From Squalus acanthias (lineage: Eukaryota): a stretch of DNA of 64,000 nucleotides. Positions 1-10,757 of this stretch are shown here, in pieces (within the stretch, counting starts at the first letter, position 1; every line of letters starts with the position of its first letter). The DNA lies in assembly GCA_030390025.1 (NCBI GenBank), contig JASTWF010000037.1, positions 186,001 through 250,000 of the forward strand, given 5' to 3'. A program made the position numbers and the translations under genes. The notes under the pieces were generated by a model, which saw only the letters and a program-made list of their open reading frames with translations, was not told the origin of the DNA and did not search any database.

Positions 1-1184
1 CTCTATCTGTAACACTCCCTCTGTCACTCACTCTCTGTCCCTCACTCTACGTCCCTGTCTCTCTGTCTGTGTCACTCTCTCTGTCACTCTCTCTGTCTCT
101 CTGTCACTCTCTCTGTCTATCTGTCTCTGTCTCTCTGTTGTCTGTCTGTCTCTCTCCCTCTATGTCTGTCTGTCTCTCTCCCTCTATGTCTGTCTGTCTC
201 TCTCCCTCTATGTCTGTCTGTCTCTCTCCCTCTATGTCTGTCTGTCTCTCTCCCTCGATGTCTGTCTGTCTGTCTCTCTGTGTCTCTGTCTGTCACCCTC
301 TATGTCTCTCACTCTCTCTGTCCCTGCCTCTCTCTGTTGTCTGTCTGTCTCTCCCTCTATGTCTGTCTGTCTGTCTCTGTGTCTGTGTCTCTGTCTGTGT
401 CATTCTCTCTCTGTTGTCTGTCTGTCTCTCTCCCTCTATGTCTGTCTGTCTCTCTCTGTGTCTGTGTCTCTGTCTGTGTCACTCTCTGCCTCTCTCTCTC
501 TGTTGTCTGTCTGTCTGTCTCTCTGTCTGTCTGTCTCTGTGTCTGTGTGTTTCTGTCACTCTCTCTCTGTTGTCTGTCTGTCTGTCTCTCTGTCTGTGTG
601 TCTCTGTGTCTGTGTCACTCTCTGTCACTCTCTCTCTGTTGTCTGTCTGTCTCTCTCCCTCTATGTCTGTCTTTCCGTCTCTCTCTGTGTCTGTGCTCTG
701 TCTGTGTCACTCTCTCTGTTACCCTCTCTGTCTCTCACTCTCTCTGTCTCTCTCTGTGTCTCTGTCTGTGTCACTCTCTCTCTGTCTGTCTGTCTCTCTG
801 TCTGTCTGTCTCTGTCTGTGTCACTCTCTCTCTGTCTGTCTGTCTCTCTGTCTGTCTGTCTCTGTCTGTGTCACTCTGTCACTCTCTCTCTCTCTGTCTG
901 TCTCTCTGTCTGTCTCTGTCTGTGTCACTCTCTGTCACTCTCTCTCTGTCTCTGTCTGTGTCACTCTCTGTCACTCTCTCTCTGTCTGTCTGTCTCTCTG
1001 TCTGTCTGTCTCTCTGTCTGTGTCACTCTCTGTCACTCTCTCTCTGTTGTCTGTCTGTCTGTCACTCTGTCACTCTCTCTCTGTGTCTGTGTCACTCTCT
1101 GTCACTCTCTCTCTGTTGTCTGTCTGTCTGTCACTCTGTCACTCTCTCTCTGTGTCTGTGTCACTCTCTGTCACTCTCTCTCTC
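1..1184. repeat. Compound pyrimidine-rich microsatellite (CT/CTGT/GTCACT units)
   Basis: Continuous tctc/tctg/tgtcac repeats. The long Ser/Leu/Val/Cys ORFs here are low-complexity artefacts. Confidence 0.97.
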
Positions 1185-1217
1185 AGCCTCGGAGACTGGG
1201 AGTTGGGCCCTTTGTAC

Positions 1218-1327
1218 CTGGCTCGGGCTGTCTCGGGATTGGCTGCACTGTCGCTGCAGGTGAGCCAGGGGCTGTCGCACACCTGAGGTGGAGGCGGAGC
1301 GGCCGAGGCGATGGCCGAGGGCAGAGT
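1218..1327 (-). CDS. Putative internal coding exon (110 nt, phase 1 to 0) of an unidentified gene: (D)SALGHRLGRSASTSGVRQPLAHLQRQCSQSRDSPSQ
   Basis: Minus strand has acceptor cctttctcctctctcttggtttgcag| and donor cag|gtacaa. The sequence is GC-rich, non-repetitive and open, and its phase matches the exon at 3626-3793. Confidence 0.6.
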
Positions 1328-1396
1328 CTGCAAACCAAGAGAGAGGAGAAAGGATTACCCAGAGACTCCGACACCGAGGACAGTGGAGAATTCAAC

Positions 1397-1410
1397 GTTA
1401 CCATGGTAAC
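1397..1410. promoter_or_regulatory. Perfect palindromic RFX X-box-like motif GTTACCATGGTAAC
   Basis: 14-bp perfect palindrome fitting the X-box consensus GTNRCC-N(0-3)-RGYAAC. Function is not shown. Confidence 0.4.
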
Positions 1411-1480
1411 TTGGAGCTACGGAACGCACAGAATAAGAACAAACCCTGGGGAGGGCAGAGTCCATGTTAAGAGTGGATTT

Positions 1481-1571
1481 TGTTTTTTATTCATTCTCGA
1501 GATGTGGGCATCGCTGGCGAGACCGGCATTTATTGCCCATCCCTAGCTGCCCTGATAATAGTTTGATACAA
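1481..1571 (-). mobile_element. 3' tail of a tRNA-derived SINE (body at 2105-2380)
   Basis: Minus strand reads gttgtatcaaac...ctagggatgggcaataaatgccggtctcgccagcgatgcccacatctcgagaatgaataaaaaac, a tail I recognise from a common shark SINE. Confidence 0.65.
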
Positions 1572-2104
1572 CAACACATCGCATTTATCCAGCGCCTTTA
1601 ACGTAGTAAAACGTCCCAAGGCGCTTCGCAGGAGCGATTATCAGACAAAATTTGACACCGAGCCACATAAGGAGATATTAGGGACAGGTGACCAAAAGCT
1701 TGGTCAAAGAGGGAGGTTTTAAGCAGCCTCTTAAAGGAGGAGAGAGAGGCGGAGAGGTTTAGGGAGGGAATTCCAGAGCTCAGGGCCCGAGGCAGCTGAA
1801 GGCACGGCCGCCAATGGTGGAGCGATTAAAATCGGGGATGCGCAAGAGGCCAGAATTGGAGGAGCGCAGAGATCTCGGAGGTTACAGAGATTGGGAAGGG
1901 GGCGAGGCCTCGGAGGGATTTGAACAATTTTAAAATCGAGGTGTTGCTTAACCGGGGTGGGGAGAGGGGGGGGCAACGCAGGTCAGCGAGCACAGGGGGT
2001 GACGGAGGAACGGGACTTGGTGCCAGTTAGGATGGGGGGGGACAGCAGAGTTTCGGACGGGCTCAGGTTTACAGAGCATGGAAGGTGGGAGGCTGGACAG
2101 GAGA
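1572..2104 (-). mobile_element. L2-clade LINE 3' fragment
   Basis: Minus-strand peptide GPELWNSLPKPLRLS resembles the L2 ORF2 C-terminus, and the tail is aaaggcgctggataaatgcgatgtgttgttg. A close second copy lies at 59731-60020. Confidence 0.85.
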
Positions 2105-2380
2105 CCGAGTGGCTCGCTAGGCCACTTGACAGGGCAGTTAAGAGTCAACCACATCGGTGCAGGACTGGAAGCACAGATAGGCCCAGACCGGGTAAGGACG
2201 GCAGGTTTCCTACCCTGAACGGACATCAGTGAACCAGACAGCTTCACGGTCTCTCATACCAGCTTATTACTTCCAGAATCATTCTGTTAAACCAAATTCA
2301 AGTTCTCCGACTGGTTGGGATTTGAACTGAAGTTCTGGGGATTCTAAGTCCAGCAAGAGAACCACTACATCACCGTAACC
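2105..2380 (-). mobile_element. tRNA-derived SINE, head and body
   Basis: Pol III A-box-like TGATGTAGTGG and B-box AGTTCAAATCC (2318-2328) on the minus strand, followed by the body ctggttcactgatgtccgttcagggtaggaaacctgccgtccttacccggtctgg. Confidence 0.75.
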
Positions 2381-2627
2381 CCCCCGCCCCGAAGATCGTT
2401 CCTCCTCTCGACTGTAAATGCCCCTCTTTATTTCCTTATAGTCAATCTCCCAGGACACCGTACGTGAGGAGTCAAAGATCGAGTGTTGTCTTCGGGTGAA
2501 GAGGAATTAGAGGCTGGGGAGTAATTGTACCCGGGGAGTGCAGACGTAATTCAGTCCCCTTGTTAGAGAGGCGCATTGGGGGGGGGGGGAAATTGGCTCG
2601 CGCCCCCATTGGGGGCGATAATTTAAC

Positions 2628-2838
2628 ATCGTCCAGGTCTTGTTGCATGCGGGCATGGACTGCTTTATTATCTGAGGAGTTGTGAATGGCGCTGAACACT
2701 GTGCAGTCATCAGCGAACATCCCCATTTCTGACCTTATGTTGGAGGGAAGGTCATTGATGAAGCAGCTGAAGATGGTTGGGCCTAGGACACTGCCCTGAG
2801 GAACTCCTGCAGCGATGTCCTGGGGCTGTGATGATTGA
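2628..2838 (-). mobile_element. Non-LTR retrotransposon reverse transcriptase fragment (CR1/L2 group)
   Basis: Translates as AGVPQGSVLGPTIFSCFINDLPSNIRSEMGMFADDCTVF, containing the PQG and FADD motifs. Confidence 0.92.
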
Positions 2839-2928
2839 ATGGCAAAAACTCAGTATAATTTAGGAAACAGAGTTGGTTGGAGGGTGTGTGTTGCTCTGGC
2901 AGGGAGGCATATAGAACTGAGGCAGTAC

Positions 2929-2961
2929 TGCGCCTCTGCTGGCCAGAGGGTGTAATTACAG
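2929..2961 (-). promoter_or_regulatory. Possible CTCF site (imperfect core with upstream-motif-like sequence)
   Basis: Minus strand CTGTAATTAC-accctc-TGGCCAGCAGAGGCGCA. The core is one G short of CCASYAGRKGGCRS. Confidence 0.3.
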
Positions 2962-3625
2962 TGTTACGTGTTTACATAGGAATTTACAATGGGAAAACGG
3001 AGACAGAAGTGTGACAGAAAACAGGATGTGAAGTTGGGTAGACAGGAAGTGCACTGGGACTAGTAAGATTTTTAACGTGGATTTTTAGCCCCTCTTTCAC
3101 CTGAAGGAACTGTGCCATTCTGAGGGTGGTGGGGAGTGCCCGTGTTTTGAGCCTCGGTAACATCAGGAGGCTATTTGACTGTGGGGGCGGCGGGGGAGTT
3201 AATCAGAATCCACTTTGCTGTGGCACTGAGCCAAACAGCTGTGCGCTAAGTCAGAGGGTCCCGCCTAGTGTGCTGGGGGGCGGGAGGGGGGGGGGGGTGG
3301 TGGTGGGGGGGAAGAGGGGCCACGCTGCAGCTAGCCTTAGCAACTGGGCTAGGAAGGGGGGAAAACAAATAAGCTGGGGATCCTGATCACTATCCAGCAG
3401 GTTTTGGGAGGTTGAGTGGCGCTGGTTGCGATGCCCACCACAATTGCATAGCCCGACCGTCTTGGCCCGCGTGCGGCGGATGGCCGCTTGGGTCGGCTCT
3501 GGGTGGGACACATGACTTGCAAAGGGTGGGGTGGGGAGGGGGGTGGGAGGGGAGGGGAGGGGGTTCATACAGGCTCCTTCAGGAGAGGGGCAGGGAAGCA
3601 AGTGGTTTGAGCCGGCGGCCCTTAC

Positions 3626-3793
3626 CCGCGCTGCGTTGGCACGCCACCGGGCAGGGCTGGGGCAGCCCCGATCGAGAGGGCCCCTTGGCCGAGGAGCCCT
3701 CCGGTCCCTGAGTTTTCACCGGTATTCCCGAAGTCTTCTCCTCCTTGGCCAGGGATTCTCCGGCCCCGCTCCAGCCTCGGGGCACGCCGCCTG
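3626..3793 (-). CDS. Putative internal coding exon (168 nt, or 165 nt via NAGNAG; phase 1 to 1): AGGVPRGWSGAGESLAKEEKTSGIPVKTQGPEGSSAKGPSRSGLPQPCPVACQRSA
   Basis: Acceptor cttgtctgtgctgttgcctctctaaag|cag| and donor cgg|gtaagg. The frame is open and splices in frame to 1327-1218. Confidence 0.62.
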
Positions 3794-3847
3794 CTTTAGA
3801 GAGGCAACAGCACAGACAAGTGGTTGAGCAAAAGGCCAACCTCAACC

Positions 3848-3898
3848 TCAACAACAGCAACAACAACGACTTGCATTTATATACCGCCTTTAGCGTAG
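3848..3898 (-). mobile_element. L2/SINE-type 3' tail remnant
   Basis: Minus strand aaaggcggtatataaatgcaagtcgttgttgttg, the same tail type as at 1572, 59731 and 62727. Confidence 0.7.
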
Positions 3899-4330
3899 CA
3901 GGGCTATGGGGAAAGAGCAGAGGTGTGGGGGGGGGGCGGAGGAAGGAGTGGAGCCCTTGGGTGAGGTATCGGCAGCCTGTGACACCCGCACCCCCCCAAG
4001 GAGAATCAGCCTCTCCAGGAAGGAAGAGAATAAAACACAGACACTCGCCGCTTTTGGAGGTGGGATCAAGTTTAGAAAAGTTGAGTTTGTATTGGCTGAA
4101 AACCAGCTTGGCCGGCCAATCAAAAGCCTGGCCTTGGTAGGTCGATAGCAGACCCCCCAATGGGAGCACAGCCATCGAGGGGTTAAAGTTCATGTTGACT
4201 CCCCTCTTGTCCTGAAGGTGTTGCCCCTTGTTCGGGTTCCAGGGGCACCAGGGTCCAGTGGTGGCCAATTTACTGGGTGAGCCGAGGTGGCTCATTGCAA
4301 CTTAGCTGAAGCCCGTTCTCACCTGATGCC

Positions 4331-7300
4331 TGCGCACACTCACACTCACACTCACACTCACACACACACTCACGCACACTCACGCACACTCACACTCACA
4401 CACACACTCACACTCACACTCACACACACACTCACGCACACTCACACTCACACACATGCACACTCACACACACACACACTCACACACACTCATGCACACG
4501 CACACTCACACACATGCACACTCACACTCACACACACTCACACTCACGCACACGCACACACACACACACACTCACGCACACGCACACGCACACTCACACT
4601 CACACACACACTCACACTCACACACACTCACACTCACGCACACTCACACACACTCACACTCACGCACACGCACACTCACACACACTCACACTCACACTCA
4701 CGCACACGCACACACACACTCACACGCACACTCACGCACACTCACACACACTCACACTCACGCACACGCACACTCACACACACACACACACTCACGCACA
4801 CGCACACTCACACTCACGCACACGCACACTCACACTCACACGCACACTCACACACACTCACACTCACACACACACACACACTCACGCACACGCACACTCA
4901 CACTCACACACACGCACACTCACACTCACACACACGCACACACACACACTCACACTCGCACACGCACACTCACACTCACGCACACTCACGCACACTCACA
5001 CACACACTCACACACACTCACACACACGCACACACACTCACACTCACGCACAGGCATACTCACACACACTCACACTCACGCACACGCACACACACACTCA
5101 CACACACTCACACTCACGCACACGCACACACACACTCACACTCACACACACTCACACTCACGCACACTCACACACACTCACACTCACGCACACGCACACT
5201 CACACACACTCACACTCACGCACACGCACACACACACTCACACTCACACACACTCACACTCACGCACACTCACACACACTCACACTCACGCACACGCACA
5301 CTCACACTCACGCACACGCACACTCACACGCACACTCACACACACTCACACACACACACACTCACGCACACGCACACTCACACACACGCACACTCACGCT
5401 CACACACACGCACACACACACACTCACACTCACACTCACGCACACGCACACTCACACTCACGCACACTCACACACACACTCACACACACGCACACACATG
5501 CACACTCACACACACTCACACACACGCACACACACGCACACACATGCACACTCACACACACTCACACTCACGCACACTCACACACACACTCACACACACT
5601 CACACACACGCACACACACGCACACTCACTCACACTCACGCACACGCACACGCACACTCACACACACGCACATGCACACTCACACACACTCACACTCACA
5701 CTCACACTCACACACTCACACTCACAGCCACACTCACACACACTCACAGACACGCTCACACTCACACGCACAGACACACGCACAGACACACTCACACACT
5801 CACAGAGACTCACACTCACAGACACACACTCACAGACACTCACACTCAGACACTCACACACAGACACACTCACACTCAGACACACTCACACACTCACAGA
5901 CACACTCACACACACAGACACTCACACTCACACACAGACACACTCACACTCACACAGAGACACACACAAACACGCACAAACACTCTCACACACAAACACT
6001 CAGACACACTAAAACACGCATACACTCACCCACACAGACATACACACTCACAGAGACACACAAACACTCACACACACGCACAAACACTCAGACACTCACA
6101 CACACATGCACTCACAGACACACACACTCACTCACGCACACGCACTCACACTCACACGCACACTCAGACACTCACACACACTCACAGACACACACACTCA
6201 CTCACGCACACGCACTCACACTCACACGCACACTCAGACACTCACACACGCACTCACTCACACTCACTCACTCACACTCACACTCACAAACACACTCACA
6301 TAAACACTCCGACACATGCACACACACACTCAGACACACACACACTCACAGACACACACACTCACTCATACTCACTCACACTCACACACACTCTCACACA
6401 CACACACACACACACACTCACACACTCTCACTCACATACGCGCACACACACATACACACTTTCTCACTCACACACGCGCACACTCACTCACACTCACACA
6501 CACACACTCTCACGCACAAACACTCAGACACACGCACACACACACACACAGACACACACACTCACTCACACTCACACTCACAGACACACTAACAAACGCA
6601 CACGCATAGACACTCACACTCACACTCAGACACTCACACACAGACACACTCACACTCAGACACTCACACACAGACACACTCACACTCACAGACACACTCA
6701 CACACACAGACACTCACACTCACACACAGACACTCTCACTTTCACTCTCACACTCACAAACACTCAGACACACTCACACTCACAGACACACACACACCCA
6801 CAAACACTCAGACACACTAAAACACACACACACACACTCACCCACACAGACATACACACTCACAGACACTCACACTCACAGACACACACACACAAATACA
6901 CACACACACACTCACACGCACAAACACTCAGACACTCACACTCATATGCGCACACACACTCACAGACACACACTCACACTCAGACACACTCACAGACACA
7001 CTCACACACACAGACACTCAGACTCACACTCACACATAGACACACTCACACGCACAAACACTCACACGCACTCAGACACACTCACAGACACACACACAAA
7101 CACTCAGACACACTAAAACACACATTCACCCACACAGACATACACACTCACAGACACACACACACAGGCTCACACTCACAGACACTCACACTCAGAGACA
7201 CACACACACACACTCACACACACACTCACACGCACAAACACTCAGACACTCACATGCGCACACACACTCACAGACACACACTCGCAGACACACTCACTCA

Positions 7301-10257
7301 CACTCACTCACACACATACACACTCACTCACACTCACAGACACACACACTCACGCACACGCACACACACTCACGCACACACACTCACACTCAGACACACA
7401 CTCACTCACAGACACACTCACTCACTCACACACACATACATGCACTCACTCACACACTCACACACGCACACTCACACTCACACACTCACACACACACTCA
7501 CATAAACACGCACACACACACTCACTCACGAACACACACACACACTCACACTCACTCACTCACTCACAGACACACTAACAAACACGCACACGCACTTGCA
7601 CTCGCACATTCACACACACTCACAAACACTCAGGCACACGCACACGCACACACACACTCACTCACACTCGCACACACACTCTCACTCTCACAGACACACA
7701 CACTCACTCACACTCACTCACACACACACACTCACTCACACACACTCACACTCACACAAACACTCAGACACACGAACACACACACACTCACACTAACACG
7801 CACACGCACATGCTCGCACACTCACACACATACACACAAACACTCAGACACACGCACACACGCTCACTCACACACACACACTCACTCAGACACATGCACA
7901 CACACACACTCAGACACACACACTCACTCACACTCTCACAGACTCACACACACTCACACACTCGCACACACACTCAAACACTCAGACACACACACTCACT
8001 CACACTCACACACTCTCTCACTCACACATGCACACTCACACACTCACACGCACAAACACTCAGACACACGCACGCACATGCACACAGACACACTCACACA
8101 CACTCACTCACTCAATCACACACTCACAGACACACTAACAAACACACACTCACACGCGCACACACTCACATGCACACGCACACGAACACACACATGCACA
8201 CACACTTACTCACTCACACTCAGACTCACACTCAGACACACTCACACACACACTCACAGACACACTCACAGACACACTCACAGGCACATGCACTCAGACC
8301 CACTCACACTCACAGACACACACACGCACACACTCACACACACACACACACACACACTCACACGCACAAACACTCAGACACTCACTCACACACACATGCA
8401 CACACTCACACACACTCAGACACACACTCACTCACACTCTCACTCTCACACACACACACACTCACACTCACACACGCACACACACACTCACAGACCCACA
8501 CGCTCTCACTCTCACTCACACACGCACACTCACACACACACACACTCTCACACTCACTCTCACACTCACACACACATACTCACTCACACTCTCACTCTCA
8601 CACTCACAGACACACACACACTCACTCTCACTCACACACGCACACTCACACACACTCTCACACACACACACACTCACATAAACACTCAGACACGCACACA
8701 CTCTCACTCACTCACACGCACACTCACACATGCGCACATGCACACGCGCATGCTCACGCTCGCACACTCACTCACACTCACACACACACAAACACTCAGA
8801 CACACACACGCACACACGCTCACACACACACACACTGAGACACATGCACACACACACTCAAATACTCACACACACACTCACACACTCTCTCACTCACACA
8901 CGCACACACACACTCACACATTCACACACCCAACACTCACACTTCACGCACAAACACTCAGACACACACACGCACACACTCTCTCACTCACACATTCACA
9001 CACTCACACTTCACGCACAAACACTCAGACACATGCACGCACATGCACACACACTCACTCACACTCACTCACACACTCACTCACACACTAACAAACACAC
9101 ACTCACACGCACACTCACATGCACACACACACTCACACACACATGCACACACACTCACTCACTCACACATTTACAGACATTCACACTCAGACACACTCAC
9201 AGACACACTCGCACTCAGACACACTCACAGACACACTCACACACACACTCACACACACACTCAGACACACGCACAGGCACACGCACAAGCACTCAGACAC
9301 ACTAAAACACTCACACTCACACACACAAACACTCAGACACTCGCACTCAAATGCACAAACACTCACACACACTCACTCACACTCACAAACACTCAGACAC
9401 TCACATGCACATGCACACACTCACACACATTCACACGCACACACTCACTCACACTCTCACTCTTACTCTCACACTCACACACATACTCACACTCTCACTC
9501 TCACACTCACAGACACACACGCACTCACTCTCACTCACACACGCACACTCACACACACTCACATAAACACTCAGACATGCACACACTCTCACTCACTCAC
9601 ACGCACACTCACACTCACGCAGACACATGCACACACACACACTCAGACACACACACTCACACACACTCACACTCACACTCAGACACACTCACAGACACAC
9701 ACGCACTCACACACACTCACAAACACTCAGACACTCACACACACATGCACTCACAGACACACACACTCACTCACGCACACGCACTCACACTCACACTCAC
9801 ACGCACACTCAGACACTCACACACACACTCACTCACACTCACACTCACACACGCACTCACTCACACACACACTCACACACATTCTCACACACACACACTC
9901 ACATAAACACTCACACGCTCACGCTCGCACACTCACACACACACAAACACTCAGACGCACACATGCTCACACGCTCACACACACACTGAGACACATGCAC
10001 ACACACACTCACTCAGACACATGCACACACACACTCAGACACACACACACTCAAACACTCACACACACACTCACACACTCTCTCACTCACACACGCACAC
10101 ACACACACTCACACATTCACACACTCACACTTCACGCACAAACACTCAGACACACGCACGCACATGCACACACACACACACTCACTCACACTCACTCACA
10201 CACTCACTCACACACTAACAAACACACACTCATACACGCACTCACACGCACACGAAC
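4331..10257. repeat. About 5.9-kb compound (CA)n-type microsatellite (CA, CACT, CACG, CAGA units), running into the gap
   Basis: Directly visible. The His/Thr-rich ORFs are artefacts. Confidence 0.98.
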
Positions 10258-10757
10258 NNNNNNNNNNNNNNNNNNNNNNNNNNNNNNNNNNNNNNNNNNN
10301 NNNNNNNNNNNNNNNNNNNNNNNNNNNNNNNNNNNNNNNNNNNNNNNNNNNNNNNNNNNNNNNNNNNNNNNNNNNNNNNNNNNNNNNNNNNNNNNNNNNN
10401 NNNNNNNNNNNNNNNNNNNNNNNNNNNNNNNNNNNNNNNNNNNNNNNNNNNNNNNNNNNNNNNNNNNNNNNNNNNNNNNNNNNNNNNNNNNNNNNNNNNN
10501 NNNNNNNNNNNNNNNNNNNNNNNNNNNNNNNNNNNNNNNNNNNNNNNNNNNNNNNNNNNNNNNNNNNNNNNNNNNNNNNNNNNNNNNNNNNNNNNNNNNN
10601 NNNNNNNNNNNNNNNNNNNNNNNNNNNNNNNNNNNNNNNNNNNNNNNNNNNNNNNNNNNNNNNNNNNNNNNNNNNNNNNNNNNNNNNNNNNNNNNNNNNN
10701 NNNNNNNNNNNNNNNNNNNNNNNNNNNNNNNNNNNNNNNNNNNNNNNNNNNNNNNNN
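10258..10757. other. Assembly gap (500 N)
   Basis: Exactly 500 N, a round placeholder, so true distance and orientation across it are unverified. Confidence 0.99.

Noticed and set aside
1187..1259. Plus-strand exon (ctctcag|...cag|gtgagc)
   Set aside because: Its acceptor tract is just the CT microsatellite, no partner exon was found, and it overlaps the better-supported minus-strand exon. Not fully excluded.
69..10257. Long ORFs of 300-1072 aa (Ser/Leu/Val/Cys-rich and His/Thr-rich)
   Set aside because: They are translations of CT and CA microsatellites that lack stop codons by composition and are open in several frames at once.
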